DNA from: Escherichia coli
GTDB lineage: Bacteria > Pseudomonadota > Gammaproteobacteria > Enterobacterales > Enterobacteriaceae
Assembly: GCF_003334335.1 (NCBI RefSeq)
Contig: NZ_QOWQ01000009.1
Strand: one strand, 5' to 3'
DNA: 64,000 bases
How positions within the stretch are numbered: the stretch's first letter is position 1; each line of letters starts with the position of its first letter. The notes below the pieces were generated by a model that was not told where the DNA came from, searched no databases, and worked only from the letters and a program-made list of their open reading frames with translations. Shown piece by piece: positions 41,061 to 54,357 of this stretch. Position numbers and translations under genes: made by a program.

Positions 41061-41099
41061 AATGAATTAAAATTCAATTTATATGGATGATTATTCATT
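41061..41099. promoter_or_regulatory. two tandem ARG boxes (ArgR operator) upstream of argI
   Basis: AATGAATTAAAATTCAAT and TATGGATGATTATTCATT fit the TNTGAATWWWWATTCANW consensus, 3 bp apart, 26 bp upstream of the argI start. Confidence 0.6.
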
Positions 41100-41196
41100 T
41101 GCAAGTCTAAAGCATAAATCTTTGTCACAAAGGTGGAGGCAATGTCAGTGGTGTGTGACAATAAGAGTATCGGCAGGACATTAAGAGGAATGAGCC

Positions 41197-41613
41197 ATGG
41201 CAAACCCGGAACAACTGGAAGAACAGCGTGAAGAAACACGTTTGATTATTGAAGAATTACTGGAAGATGGCAGCGATCCGGACGCGCTGTATACCATCGA
41301 ACACCATCTTTCCGCAGACGATCTGGAAACCCTGGAAAAAGCAGCAGTTGAAGCGTTTAAACTCGGTTACGAAGTGACCGATCCAGAAGAGCTGGAAGTT
41401 GAAGATGGTGATATCGTGATTTGCTGCGACATCCTCAGCGAGTGCGCGTTGAATGCCGATCTGATCGATGCCCAGGTTGAACAACTGATGACGCTGGCGG
41501 AGAAATTTGACGTTGAGTACGACGGTTGGGGCACTTACTTTGAAGATCCCAACGGCGAAGACGGCGACGATGAAGATTTTGTCGATGAAGACGATGACGG
41601 GGTTCGCCACTAA
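41197..41613 (+). CDS. rraB: RNase E inhibitor RraB
   Basis: 138-aa acidic [34 protein letters not shown]... Confidence 0.9.
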
Positions 41614-41626
41614 TTAATTGATTAAA

Positions 41627-41660
41627 ATGCCCGATAGCACACACTAGCGGGCATTTTTTT
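41627..41660. terminator. bidirectional rho-independent terminator between rraB and yjgM
   Basis: ATGCCCG...CGGGCAT stem flanked by an A-run and a T7 run. Confidence 0.7.
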
Positions 41661-42162
41661 AGAGTTCGCGTAGCATCCGCACTTCACAATCGACATGGCC
41701 CGTGCAGCCAAGCGCATAGTCGATATGCTCAAAGCCCAAATGCTCATAAAGCGCAATGGCTTCCTTTAAAAAAGCGGTCGTTTCCAGATAGCAGCGTTTG
41801 AAGCCCATCTCTCGTGCCTGCTCCATCGCCATTAAGGCCAGTTTTTTCGCCAGCCCTTTACCGCGAATAGCCGGAAGAAAATACATCTTTTGCAGTTCGC
41901 AAATGTCCGATTCACTACCTGCTAATGGCGCAATCCCACCGCCGCCGACCACTTCACCCTCGTACTCAACCACCCAATATGCATGACCCGGCTGACTATA
42001 CACTTGATACAGCTCGTCAAGATTCGGATCGGCGACGGTGTAGCCTTTATCAGCGGTAAGACCGTATTCGGCGGATACCTGACGAATGACGCGGGCAATA
42101 GCAGGATTATCCTGCAGCGTCAGGCGACGCATTACAGGTGATTGCGGCGCAATGTTATTCAT
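41659..42162 (-). CDS. yjgM: GNAT-family N-acetyltransferase
   Basis: 167-aa ORF with acetyl-CoA binding pattern (RGKGLAKKL). Confidence 0.85.
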   Translation of the reverse strand: MNNIAPQSPVMRRLTLQDNPAIARVIRQVSAEYGLTADKGYTVADPNLDELYQVYSQPGHAYWVVEYEGEVVGGGGIAPLAGSESDICELQKMYFLPAIRGKGLAKKLALMAMEQAREMGFKRCYLETTAFLKEAIALYEHLGFEHIDYALGCTGHVDCEVRMLREL

Positions 42163-42354
42163 AGTTTAACCCAATAAAAATAAAGTAATTATACATTTGT
42201 TTAATACCACTCTCTTCTTACGTGCGCAAGCATCTTATAAAGCAATAAAGTTTTTGCCAGCCTATTACTGATAAGAGTATTGTAACGTGGCAGAACATTT
42301 TACTGTCTGTATCTATAACTTATATCAATGGATTTTTTAATTCAGGGAATTTTT

Positions 42355-43551
42355 ATGGCTCAAGTTATTAATGAAATGGATGTTCCGTCCCATTCGTTTG
42401 TTTTTCATGGTACAGGTGAGAGATATTTTCTTATTTGTGTGGTGAATGTGTTGTTAACGATTATAACGCTAGGTATCTATTTACCATGGGCATTAATGAA
42501 ATGTAAGCGTTATCTCTATGCTAATATGGAGGTTAACGGACAACGATTTTCTTATGGGATTACCGGTGGGAATGTTTTTGTTAGTTGTCTTGTTTTTGTT
42601 TTTTTCTATTTCGCAATCTTAATGACAGTGTCAGCAGATATGCCGCTTATTGGCTGTGTTTTGACTTTGTCACTGTTGGTTTTGCTTATATTTATGGCAG
42701 CAAAAGGACTGCGTTATCAGGCCTTGATGACTAGTCTCAACGGCGTAAGATTTAGTTTTAATTGCTCTATGAAAGGGTTCTGGTGAGTAACCTTTTTCTT
42801 GCCGATTTTAATGGCCATTGGGATGGGGACTGTTTTCTTTATCTCGACAAAGATGCTACATGCCAATAGTTCAAGTAGTGTTATTATATCTGTGGTTCTG
42901 ATGGCAATAGTTGGTATTGTTTCCATTGGTATTTTTAATGGTACTTTATATAGCCTGGTAATGAGTTTTCTCTGGAGCAATACCAGTTTCGGTATACATC
43001 GTTTCAAGGTGAAATTAGATACTGCGTATTGTATAAAATATGCCATCCTCGCATTTTTAGCTTTATTACCTTTTCTCGCTGTTGCTGGTTATATTATCTT
43101 CGATCAAATATTAAATGCGTATGATAGTTCTGTGTATGCAAATGATGATATTGAGAATTTACAGCAATTTATGGAAATGCAACGTAAAATGATAATCGCG
43201 CAGTTAATCTATTATTTTGGGATTGCTGTTAGCACCAGTTATTTAACGGTGTCGTTGCGAAATCATTTTATGAGCAACCTGTCACTGAATGATGGGCGTA
43301 TTCGTTTTCGCTCAACTTTAACTTACCACGGTATGCTTTATCGCATGTGTGCGTTGGTAGTGATATCCGGGATTACGGGCGGTCTGGCTTATCCACTGCT
43401 GAAAATATGGATGATTGACTGGCAGGCAAAAAATACGTATTTGCTGGGCGATTTGGATGACCTTCCTTTAATCAATAAAGAAGAACAACCAGATAAAGGC
43501 TTCTTAGCCAGTATTTCACGGGGAATTATGCCTTCTTTACCATTTCTGTAA
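42355..43551 (+). pseudogene. yjgN: DUF898 inner-membrane protein interrupted by an in-frame TGA (42784-42786)
   Basis: ORF-track entries 42328-42786 and 42799-43551 are in the same frame and separated only by one TGA; the joined product from MAQVINEMD would be 398 aa. Confidence 0.6.
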
Positions 43552-43555
43552 GAGA

Positions 43556-43590
43556 TAAAAAAGGCCGGAGCATTCTCCGGCCTTCGTTTT
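43556..43590. terminator. bidirectional terminator between yjgN and valS
   Basis: GGCCGGAG-CATTC-TCCGGCC hairpin flanked by an A-run and a T-run. Confidence 0.7.
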
Positions 43591-43604
43591 CATCACGGTG
43601 TTGA

Positions 43605-46460
43605 TTACAGCGCGGCGATAACAGCCTGCTGTTCAATCAGCTTCGCTTTCGCTTCCGCATAGCCTTCCAGCTTCTCACGCTCTTTCGCGATGACCGCTTC
43701 CGGTGCGCGGGCGACAAAGCCTTCATTCGCCAGCTTGTTCTCGATACGGCTGATTTCGCCTTCGATCTTCGCCACTTCTTTCGCCAGACGCGCCAGCTCA
43801 TCTTCTTTGTTGATGAGGCCAGCCATCGGGATCAGCAGCTCTGCGCCGTCGATGATCTTCGTAACGGAAACCGGACCTTTGTCATCGGCAGGCAGCACGG
43901 TGATGCTTTCCAGACGCGCCAGGGTTTGCAGGAAGCCACGGTTTTCATTTACGCGACGTTCTGCATCCGCGCTGCAACCACGCAGCAGCAGCTCCAGCTG
44001 TTTGCCCGGCGCGATGTTCATTTCTGCACGGATGTTACGTACCGCAACGATCGCCTGTTTCAGCCATTCGGTGTCGGCCAGTGCGGCTTCATCAACCTGA
44101 GATGCATCGTACTGCGGGAACGGCTGCAGCATGATGGTGTCGGCAGTGATACCGCAAAGTACTTTCACACGCTGCCAGATGGTTTCGGTGATGAACGGAA
44201 TGATCGGATGCGCGAGGCGCAGCAGACCTTCCAGTACAGTCACCAGCGTATGGCGAGTACCGCGCAGTTCGGCTTCGGTGCCACCGTTCATTACCGGCTT
44301 GGTCAGCTCCAGATACCAGTCACAGAACTGGTTCCAGGTGAACTCATACAGAATGCCTGCAGCGATATCGAAGCGGAAGCTGTCCAGCGCTTCGCGGTAC
44401 GCTTTGATGGTCTGGTTGAACTCTGCCAGAATCCAGCGGTCCGCCAGCGACAGTGTCATTTCGCCGCCGTTAAAGCCGCAATCCTGACCTTCTGTGTTCA
44501 TCAGCACAAAGCGGCTGGCGTTCCACAGCTTGTTACAGAAGTTACGGTAACCTTCCAGGCGCTTCATATCCCAGTTGATGTCACGACCGGTAGACGCCAG
44601 CGCCGCCAGGGTGAAGCGCAGGGCATCGGTGCCGTGCGGCTCAATGCCGTTCGGGAACTGTTTCTCGGTGCGCTTACGGATTTTGTCCGCCAGCTGCGGC
44701 TGCATCATATTGCCGGTACGTTTTTCCAGCAGTTCTGGCAGCGAAATACCGTCAACCATATCCAGCGGGTCGATAACGTTACCCTTGGATTTGGACATTT
44801 TCTGGCCTTCGTCGTCACGAATCAGACCGGTCATGTAAACAGTGTGGAACGGCACCTGCGGTTTGCCATTTTCATCTTTGATGAAGTGCATGGTCATCAT
44901 GATCATGCGGGCAATCCAGAAGAAGATGATGTCGAAGCCGGATACCATCACGCTGGTTGGGTGGAACTGACGCAGGGCGTCGGTGTTTTCCGGCCAGCCA
45001 AGGGTAGAGAAGGTCCACAGCGCAGAAGAGAACCAGGTGTCGAGAACGTCTTCGTCCTGACGCAGGGCAACGTCGGCACCGAGGTTATTTTCCTTGCGCA
45101 CTTCTTCTTCGTTGCGGCCAACATAAACATTACCCGCTTCGTCATACCATGCCGGGATACGGTGACCCCACCACAGCTGACGAGAGATACACCAGTCCTG
45201 AATATCGCGCATCCAGGAGAAATACATGTTTTCGTACTGCTTCGGTACGAACTGAATGTCGCCGTTCTCAACCGCTTCAACCGCCGGTTTCGCCAGTACA
45301 TCGGCACGCACGTACCACTGGTCGGTCAGCATTGGTTCGATAACTACGCCGCCACGGTCGCCGTAAGGAACGGTCAGGTCGTGCGGTTTAATTTCTTCCA
45401 GCAGGCCGAGTGCGTCAACCGCAGCAACGACTGCTTTACGTGCGGCAAAACGCTCCAGTTTCTGGAATTCTGCCGGGATCTCGCTGGAATAAACGTCAGA
45501 TTCGTTACCTTTGGTATCGAACACCTGGGCGCTTTCACGGATATCGCCGTCAAAGGTCAGGATGTTGATCATCGGCAGGGCGTGACGTTTACCGACTTCA
45601 TAGTCGTTAAAGTCGTGCGCCGGGGTGATCTTCACGCAGCCGGTGCCTTTTTCCATGTCGGCGTGTTCGTCGCCAACGATCGGAATACGACGGTTAACCA
45701 GCGGTAGAATGACATATTTGCCAATCAGGTCTTTGTAACGCGGATCTTCCGGGTTAACGGCTACACCGGTATCGCCCAGCAGGGTTTCCGGACGGGTAGT
45801 CGCAACCACCAGGTAATCTTTACCGTCTGCGGTTTTCGCACCGTCAGCCAGCGGATAGCGGATGTGCCACATCGAACCTTTCGATTCGCGGTTTTCCACT
45901 TCCAGGTCAGAGATAGCGGTGCGCAGTTTCGGGTCCCAGTTTACCAGGCGTTTGCCACGGTAAATCAGGTCTTCTTTATACAGACGAACGAAAACTTCTT
46001 TCACCGCATTGGACAGGCCTTCGTCCATCGTGAAGCGTTCACGCTCCCAGTCGACGGAGTTGCCGAGACGGCGCATCTGACGGGTAATCGTGCCGCCGGA
46101 TTCCGCTTTCCATTCCCAGATTTTGTCGATGAAAGCTTCGCGGCCGTAGTCGTGACGGGTTTTACCTTCTTCTGCGGCAATCTTGCGCTCAACGACCATC
46201 TGGGTAGCGATCCCGGCGTGGTCAGTACCGACCTGCCACAGGGTGTTTTTGCCCTGCATGCGCTGATAGCGGATCATGGTATCCATGATGGTTTGCTGGA
46301 AGGCGTGACCCATATGCAAACTGCCGGTGACGTTCGGCGGCGGGATCATGATGCAGAAACTTTCCTGGCTTTCATCGCCATTAGGCTTAAAGTAGCCCTG
46401 CTTTTCCCAGTGCTCGTAAAGCGGCTGTTCGATATCTTGTGGGTTATATGTCTTTTCCAT
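43605..46460 (-). CDS. valS: valine--tRNA ligase
   Basis: 951-aa ORF; HIGH ([14 protein letters not shown]) and KMSKS motifs. Confidence 0.97.
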   Translation of the reverse strand: MEKTYNPQDIEQPLYEHWEKQGYFKPNGDESQESFCIMIPPPNVTGSLHMGHAFQQTIMDTMIRYQRMQGKNTLWQVGTDHAGIATQMVVERKIAAEEGKTRHDYGREAFIDKIWEWKAESGGTITRQMRRLGNSVDWERERFTMDEGLSNAVKEVFVRLYKEDLIYRGKRLVNWDPKLRTAISDLEVENRESKGSMWHIRYPLADGAKTADGKDYLVVATTRPETLLGDTGVAVNPEDPRYKDLIGKYVILPLVNRRIPIVGDEHADMEKGTGCVKITPAHDFNDYEVGKRHALPMINILTFDGDIRESAQVFDTKGNESDVYSSEIPAEFQKLERFAARKAVVAAVDALGLLEEIKPHDLTVPYGDRGGVVIEPMLTDQWYVRADVLAKPAVEAVENGDIQFVPKQYENMYFSWMRDIQDWCISRQLWWGHRIPAWYDEAGNVYVGRNEEEVRKENNLGADVALRQDEDVLDTWFSSALWTFSTLGWPENTDALRQFHPTSVMVSGFDIIFFWIARMIMMTMHFIKDENGKPQVPFHTVYMTGLIRDDEGQKMSKSKGNVIDPLDMVDGISLPELLEKRTGNMMQPQLADKIRKRTEKQFPNGIEPHGTDALRFTLAALASTGRDINWDMKRLEGYRNFCNKLWNASRFVLMNTEGQDCGFNGGEMTLSLADRWILAEFNQTIKAYREALDSFRFDIAAGILYEFTWNQFCDWYLELTKPVMNGGTEAELRGTRHTLVTVLEGLLRLAHPIIPFITETIWQRVKVLCGITADTIMLQPFPQYDASQVDEAALADTEWLKQAIVAVRNIRAEMNIAPGKQLELLLRGCSADAERRVNENRGFLQTLARLESITVLPADDKGPVSVTKIIDGAELLIPMAGLINKEDELARLAKEVAKIEGEISRIENKLANEGFVARAPEAVIAKEREKLEGYAEAKAKLIEQQAVIAAL

Positions 46461-46903
46461 TATTTCCAGGTTGCCGTATTCAGGTTGAAACCAGCCACGC
46501 GGTAGGCTTTATAGCGTTCGCGCGCCAGTTGTTTCAGAGAATCTTCATAAGGAACGAAGTCTACCACTTCTGTGAAAGCGGTGGCAAAATCTGCAAAGCA
46601 TGTTCGCAGACTAATCAATATATCGCGCGGGCTGCTGCTGCGTTTTTGCGGCCAGGCGATCTCCACCGGCGCACCGCCACGCGGTCCTTCTCCCGCTAAA
46701 TTATGCGGAACAAAGCTTTCTGCCGGACGCGCCCACAGGGCTTCATCCAGCCGGTAAGCCTGCTTTTCATCTTCACAGGCGATGAGCACGCGCTTACCGC
46801 TGCGCCAACGTTCTGCGGCAATTTCACACACCAGTTGCTCAACGGCGCTTAAGCCATCGACGGTGGTGTCATTGTCCAGAAGGTAGAACGTCGCGTTTTT
46901 CAT
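46460..46903 (-). CDS. holC: DNA polymerase III chi subunit
   Basis: 147-aa [37 protein letters not shown]...; stop overlaps the valS start. Confidence 0.9.
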   Translation of the reverse strand: MKNATFYLLDNDTTVDGLSAVEQLVCEIAAERWRSGKRVLIACEDEKQAYRLDEALWARPAESFVPHNLAGEGPRGGAPVEIAWPQKRSSSPRDILISLRTCFADFATAFTEVVDFVPYEDSLKQLARERYKAYRVAGFNLNTATWK

Positions 46904-46924
46904 AAATGGGGCTTCTTGTGGTGG

Positions 46925-47255
<331 letters not shown>

Positions 47256-47256
47256 A

Positions 47257-48771
<1,515 letters not shown>

Positions 48772-49034
48772 CTACGCTCCTGAATCTTAAAGACAACGGC
48801 GGTGGCTACAGATAGAATTGCAAGCTTTCGTAACTCATGTCCGCTGTTGCGATGACTTCGTGTTAATCTTAACGTTATTACGGCATTGGCACGTCAGAAC
48901 AAAATCTGAGAGGTGAATCCGTTGAGTATAATTATCTTAGCGACGATTTCGACGACTCAAGAGAATAAATGACGTTTAAGCCATGAAACAAGCTAAAATC
49001 CTGCAAAAGACGAGTTTTTACGGGCGTATTTAAA

Positions 49035-50135
49035 GTGATAATCATAAGATATCTGGTGCGGGAGACGCTCAAAAGCCAGCTGGCGATACTCTTCATCTTG
49101 CTTTTGATCTTCTTCTGTCAAAAGTTAGTGAGGATCCTCGGCGCAGCGGTTGACGGCGATATTCCGGCGAATCTGGTGCTCTCCCTTCTCGGGTTGGGCG
49201 TGCCGGAAATGGCGCAGCTTATCCTGCCATTAAGCCTGTTCCTCGGGCTGCTGATGACGCTGGGCAAACTGTATACCGAAAGTGAAATTACGGTAATGCA
49301 TGCCTGCGGCCTGAGCAAAGCGGTTCTGGTGAAAGCGGCAATGATCCTTGCGGTATTCACGGCAATCGTCGCGGCGGTTAACGTGATGTGGGCGGGACCG
49401 TGGTCATCGCGTCATCAGGATGAAGTGTTAGCAGAAGCGAAAGCGAACCCTGGCATGGCGGCGCTGGCGCAAGGGCAATTCCAGCAAGCGACTAATGGCA
49501 GCTCGGTGCTGTTCATCGAAAGCGTTGACGGCAGCGATTTCAAAGATGTGTTCCTCGCACAAATTCGACCAAAAGGTAATGCACGTCCTTCTGTGGTGGT
49601 GGCCGATTCCGGACATTTAACCCAGCTGCGCGACGGCTCCCAGGTCGTCACTCTCAACCAGGGAACGCGCTTCGAAGGCACTGCACTGTTACGTGATTTC
49701 CGCATTACGGATTTCCAGGATTATCAGGCGATCATTGGTCACCAGGCGGTGGCGCTCGACCCGAACGATACCGACCAGATGGACATGTGCACATTGTGGA
49801 ACACTGACACCGATCGTGCTCGCGCAGAACTGAACTGGCGTATCACGTTGGTATTCACCGTGTTTATGATGGCACTTATGGTCGTACCGCTGAGCGTGGT
49901 TAACCCACGTCAGGGACGCGTACTGTCGATGCTGCCAGCCATGCTGCTGTATCTACTTTTCTTCCTGATCCAGACCTCCCTGAAATCGAACGGCGGTAAA
50001 GGTAAGCTGGACCCGACGCTGTGGATGTGGACCGTTAACCTGATTTATCTGGCTTTGGCGATTGTTCTCAACCTTTGGGACACCGTGCCGGTCCGCCGCC
50101 TGCGCGCCAGTTTTTCGCGTAAAGGAGCGGTGTGA
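49035..50135 (+). CDS. lptF: LPS export ABC transporter permease LptF
   Basis: 366-aa membrane ORF, GTG start. Confidence 0.9.
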   Translation: MIIIRYLVRETLKSQLAILFILLLIFFCQKLVRILGAAVDGDIPANLVLSLLGLGVPEMAQLILPLSLFLGLLMTLGKLYTESEITVMHACGLSKAVLVKAAMILAVFTAIVAAVNVMWAGPWSSRHQDEVLAEAKANPGMAALAQGQFQQATNGSSVLFIESVDGSDFKDVFLAQIRPKGNARPSVVVADSGHLTQLRDGSQVVTLNQGTRFEGTALLRDFRITDFQDYQAIIGHQAVALDPNDTDQMDMCTLWNTDTDRARAELNWRITLVFTVFMMALMVVPLSVVNPRQGRVLSMLPAMLLYLLFFLIQTSLKSNGGKGKLDPTLWMWTVNLIYLALAIVLNLWDTVPVRRLRASFSRKGAV

Positions 50136-51217
50136 TGCAACCTTTTGGCGTACTTGACCGCTATATCGGTAAAACTATTTTCACCACCATCATGATGACG
50201 CTGTTCATGCTGGTGTCGCTGTCGGGCATTATCAAATTTGTCGATCAGTTGAAAAAAGCCGGGCAGGGGAGTTACGACGCGTTAGGCGCAGGAATGTATA
50301 CCTTGCTGAGCGTGCCGAAAGATGTGCAAATCTTCTTCCCGATGGCGGCTCTGCTTGGGGCGTTGCTTGGTCTTGGGATGCTGGCGCAGCGCAGCGAACT
50401 GGTGGTGATGCAGGCTTCTGGTTTTACCCGTATGCAGGTGGCGCTGTCGGTGATGAAAACCGCCATTCCGCTGGTCTTGCTGACGATGGCGATTGGCGAA
50501 TGGGTCGCGCCGCAGGGCGAGCAGATGGCGCGTAACTACCGTGCGCAGGCGATGTACGGCGGCTCGTTGCTCTCTACCCAGCAAGGCTTATGGGCGAAAG
50601 ATGGCAACAACTTCGTCTACATTGAGCGGGTTAAAGGTGACGAAGAGTTAGGTGGCATCAGCATTTATGCCTTTAACGAAAATCGTCGTCTGCAATCCGT
50701 ACGCTATGCCGCTACTGCGAAGTTTGACCCGGAACATAAAGTCTGGCGTCTGTCGCAGGTTGATGAATCTGATCTGACCAATCCGAAACAGATCACCGGT
50801 TCGCAGACGGTGAGCGGCACCTGGAAAACCAACCTCACGCCAGACAAACTGGGCGTGGTGGCGCTGGACCCGGATGCACTCTCAATCAGCGGTTTGCACA
50901 ACTACGTGAAGTATCTGAAGTCGAGCGGTCAGGATGCCGGACGTTATCAGCTCAATATGTGGAGCAAAATCTTCCAGCCGCTATCCGTGGCGGTGATGAT
51001 GCTGATGGCGCTGTCGTTCATCTTTGGCCCACTGCGTAGCGTACCGATGGGCGTGCGTGTGGTCACCGGTATCAGCTTCGGTTTTGTCTTCTACGTACTG
51101 GACCAGATCTTCGGCCCGCTGACGTTGGTTTACGGCATCCCGCCGATTATCGGCGCACTGTTGCCAAGCGCCAGCTTCTTCTTAATCAGCCTGTGGCTGT
51201 TAATGAGAAAATCGTAA
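50135..51217 (+). CDS. lptG: LPS export ABC transporter permease LptG
   Basis: 360-aa product from the ATG overlapping the lptF stop (TGATG); MQPFGVLDRYIGKTIF... Confidence 0.9.
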   Translation: MQPFGVLDRYIGKTIFTTIMMTLFMLVSLSGIIKFVDQLKKAGQGSYDALGAGMYTLLSVPKDVQIFFPMAALLGALLGLGMLAQRSELVVMQASGFTRMQVALSVMKTAIPLVLLTMAIGEWVAPQGEQMARNYRAQAMYGGSLLSTQQGLWAKDGNNFVYIERVKGDEELGGISIYAFNENRRLQSVRYAATAKFDPEHKVWRLSQVDESDLTNPKQITGSQTVSGTWKTNLTPDKLGVVALDPDALSISGLHNYVKYLKSSGQDAGRYQLNMWSKIFQPLSVAVMMLMALSFIFGPLRSVPMGVRVVTGISFGFVFYVLDQIFGPLTLVYGIPPIIGALLPSASFFLISLWLLMRKS

Positions 51218-51335
51218 CCAAGCAAGGGAGCGAAAGCTCCCTTTCACATTGTTGATAAAGTCAAATACGAGTTCGATCGGTCCCCTCGCCCCTTTGGGGA
51301 GAGGGTTAGGGTGAGGGGGACAGATCGCGCCTGAC

Positions 51336-52838
51336 TTACCTTCTTCTCCCTCCCAGCAAACTCCCCAACATCCCGCGTACAATCTGATTCGTCACCTGGC
51401 GAGCGGCGCTTTTGGCCATTGTCTGCACCACACCATCTTTCTTCCCGCCGCGTGGTCCGGTAGTGCCGAACAAAATATCCTTCAATCCACCAAGAATGCC
51501 GTCATCTACCGCTATCTCTTTCCCTTTCGCTGGAGGATTATTTTGCTGTTCAATACTCGCCTGTACGCCTTTTTGCAACATCTCATAGGCGGATTCCCGG
51601 TCCACGTCATCCTCGTACTTGCCATACACCGGGGAGTGGTTAATCAAGCCATTGCGCTCATCTTCCGTCACCGGTCCCATCCGCGAACAAGGCGCAATCA
51701 CCATCGCCCGTTCCACCACAGAAGGACTTCCTTTTGCATCGAGAAACGAGATTAACGCCTCGCCGGTCCCCAGTTCCTGGATTGCCTTTTCGGTATCAAA
51801 CGCCGGATTGGCCCGCATGGTTTGCGCCGCAGCTTTTACCGCTTTCTGATCTTTTGGCGTAAAAGCCCGCAAAGCGTGCTGAACGCGATTACCGAGCTGG
51901 CCGAGCACATTATCCGGAATATCAGACGGGTTTTGCGAAACGAACCAGACGCCCACGCCTTTTGAGCGAATAAGCCTTATCACCTGCTCAATCTTATCCA
52001 GCAGTACCTGCGGTGCATCGTTAAACAGCAGATGTGCTTCGTCGAAGAAAAACACCAGTTTTGGCTTCTCCAGATCGCCCGCTTCCGGCAATTGTTCATA
52101 CAACTCTGAAATCATCCACAGCAGGCTGGCGGCGTACAGTTTCGGCATCTGATAAAGCTTCTCGGCGCTGAGGATATTAATAACGCCTTTACCGTTGGCA
52201 TCGGTGCGCATCAAGTCTTTGATATCCAGCATCGGCTCACCAAAGAAGTGTGCTGCGCCTTGCTGTTCCAGCGACAACAGCCCGCGCTGGATGGCACCAA
52301 CCGATGCGCTACTGATATTTCCGTACTGATTCTGGAAAGATTTGGCGTTATCGCCGATGTACTGGGTAATCGCCCGCAGATCTTTAAAGTCGAGCAGTAA
52401 CAGCCCCTGATCGTCAGCAATTCGGAAGATGATATTCAGCACGCCAGATTGCACATCGTTGAGATTCAACAGCCGCGCCAGCAACAGCGGCCCCAGATCC
52501 GAAACCGTCGCCCGCACCGGATGGCCTTTCTCGCCAAAGATATCCCACACCACCACCGGATTAGCATGCGGTTGCCAGTCATTTACGCCGATATTTTTAA
52601 GCCTTGCGAGCAGTTTTTCCGACGCCGTTCCTGCCTGCGCGATACCGGTCAGATCGCCTTTCACATCGGCCATAAACACCGGCACGCCGATTTCCGATAG
52701 AGACTCCGCCAGTTTTTGCAGCGTGACAGTTTTACCCGTCCCCGTTGCGCCAGTAATCAGCCCGTGACGGTTAGCCATTCCCGGCAGTAAAAACAGTTCT
52801 GTGTCCGGCGTGCGGGCAATTAACAGGGGTTCGCTCAT
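51336..52838 (-). CDS. yjgR: DUF853-family P-loop NTPase
   Basis: 500-aa product from the ATG at 52836-52838 ([12 protein letters not shown]...); Walker A GATGTGKT. Confidence 0.9.
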   Translation of the reverse strand: MSEPLLIARTPDTELFLLPGMANRHGLITGATGTGKTVTLQKLAESLSEIGVPVFMADVKGDLTGIAQAGTASEKLLARLKNIGVNDWQPHANPVVVWDIFGEKGHPVRATVSDLGPLLLARLLNLNDVQSGVLNIIFRIADDQGLLLLDFKDLRAITQYIGDNAKSFQNQYGNISSASVGAIQRGLLSLEQQGAAHFFGEPMLDIKDLMRTDANGKGVINILSAEKLYQMPKLYAASLLWMISELYEQLPEAGDLEKPKLVFFFDEAHLLFNDAPQVLLDKIEQVIRLIRSKGVGVWFVSQNPSDIPDNVLGQLGNRVQHALRAFTPKDQKAVKAAAQTMRANPAFDTEKAIQELGTGEALISFLDAKGSPSVVERAMVIAPCSRMGPVTEDERNGLINHSPVYGKYEDDVDRESAYEMLQKGVQASIEQQNNPPAKGKEIAVDDGILGGLKDILFGTTGPRGGKKDGVVQTMAKSAARQVTNQIVRGMLGSLLGGRRR

Positions 52839-52967
52839 GAGATTTCCTCCAGTTTCCTGCCTGGAGTATAGGCAACGGCTGTGCACTCTTCACCGCTAAA
52901 TTCAGCAGATTGCGAGACGCCTTCCAAAGAGATTTAAGTGCCGGGCGACAGGCTCCCGGCAAAGGGA

Positions 52968-53987
52968 TCAGAAGTCGGCTTTCAGGACCACGCGGTAGCG
53001 CGCTTTACCATCGCGTACATGCTGGATGGCGTCGTTAATTTTCGACATCGGGAACAGTTCGGTGGTCGGCGCAACCTTGCTGCGGGCGGCAAAACGCATC
53101 AGCTTACGCAGCTCATAAGGCGTGCCGGTAGCAGAACCAGAGATGCTGCGGTCGCCCGCAATTAACGTAAAGGCCGGAACAGACAGCGGCGTGAGAACCG
53201 CACCGACCGTATGGAAATTACCGCCATAGGTCAGCGCCTCAAAATAAGGCTGCCAGTCGAGGCTGACGTTCACAGTATTGATAATGAGATCAAACTGCCC
53301 CGACAGGGCTTTCAGTGCCTGCGGATCGCGGCTATTCACCACTTTATCGGTACCCATCGCCAGTACTTCCTGCTCTTTCGCCGGATTAGAACTAAAGGCC
53401 GTCACCTCGCATCCCATTGCGTGCAGAAGTTTTATAGCGATATGCCCCAGCCCGCCAATACCAATTACCCCAACGCGGCTGGTAGCAGTGATATGGTGCA
53501 TCAACAGTGGTTTAAAGACCGTGATACCGCCGCACAACAGCGGCCCGGCGGACTCGATATCAATATTTTCTGGCAGTGGAATCACCCATTGCCAGTCCGC
53601 ACGCAACTTCTCGGCAAAGCCACCGCGATTCATAATCGTCGGCACCGCACCTTGCTCGCAGTTGATCTGATTACCGCTAATACAGGTGTCGCAGTGACCA
53701 CAGCTACGCGCCGTCCAGCCAATCCCGACACGCTGACCGACCTGCAAACCTTTATCCTGCGCGGCGCTCCCGAGTGCCACCACGCGCCCAATCACCTCAT
53801 GCCCGGCAACCAGCGGATATTGTGAAAATCCCCATTCGTTATCGATCATCGACAGATCGGAATGACAAATCCCGCAGTAATCCACCTGCACTTCAACATC
53901 TTGTGGCTTCAGCTCACCGGGATCGTACTCATAAACTTCCAGTTCGCCGCCCGCTTCTTTTGCGGCATAGCTTTTTATCATCGACAT
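52968..53987 (-). CDS. ahr: NADPH-dependent aldehyde reductase (zinc-dependent MDR family)
   Basis: 339-aa product from the ATG at 53985-53987 ([24 protein letters not shown]); CGICHSD zinc motif. Confidence 0.9.
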   Translation of the reverse strand: MSMIKSYAAKEAGGELEVYEYDPGELKPQDVEVQVDYCGICHSDLSMIDNEWGFSQYPLVAGHEVIGRVVALGSAAQDKGLQVGQRVGIGWTARSCGHCDTCISGNQINCEQGAVPTIMNRGGFAEKLRADWQWVIPLPENIDIESAGPLLCGGITVFKPLLMHHITATSRVGVIGIGGLGHIAIKLLHAMGCEVTAFSSNPAKEQEVLAMGTDKVVNSRDPQALKALSGQFDLIINTVNVSLDWQPYFEALTYGGNFHTVGAVLTPLSVPAFTLIAGDRSISGSATGTPYELRKLMRFAARSKVAPTTELFPMSKINDAIQHVRDGKARYRVVLKADF

Positions 53988-54125
53988 TTTTGGGTCCTTC
54001 TCTGGTGTTGTTTGGGAAGTGTAGAGCATGGCAGGGCGGGGTGCCTGGAGTGTGACAAAGGTTACATATCGCTGAGTGTAATGCTGAAAATTTCAGCACT
54101 TAGCGAGGTGGGTGCAAGCTGGCGC

Positions 54126-54153
54126 TTGCATGGTGGCGTGCGACAGGTATAAT
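54126..54153 (+). promoter_or_regulatory. candidate sigma70 promoter of leuX
   Basis: TTGCAT, 16-nt spacer, TATAAT, ending ~30 nt upstream of the tRNA. Confidence 0.45.
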
Positions 54154-54182
54154 CCACAACGTTTTCCGCATACCTCTTCAGT

Positions 54183-54267
54183 GCCGAAGTGGCGAAATCG
54201 GTAGACGCAGTTGATTCAAAATCAACCGTAGAAATACGTGCCGGTTCGAGTCCGGCCTTCGGCACCA
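54183..54267 (+). tRNA. leuX: tRNA-Leu (anticodon CAA)
   Basis: 85-nt sequence GCCGAAGTGGCGAAATCGGTAGACGCAGTTGATTCAAAATCAACCGTAGAAATACGTGCCGGTTCGAGTCCGGCCTTCGGCACCA with CAA in the anticodon loop, long variable arm and encoded CCA. Confidence 0.95.
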
Positions 54268-54270
54268 AGT
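54243..54270. repeat. attL: 28-bp copy of the direct repeat GGTTCGAGTCCGGCCTTCGGCACCAAGT (3' end of leuX)
   Basis: Identical 28-mer recurs at 61557-61584. Confidence 0.85.
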
Positions 54271-54357
54271 CTTATCTAAGTCGTTGTTTTAAAACAATTT
54301 AATCCATAATTTTGCTTGAAATCGCGTAGCCCCTCTTACAAAAGGGTATACGAGGCG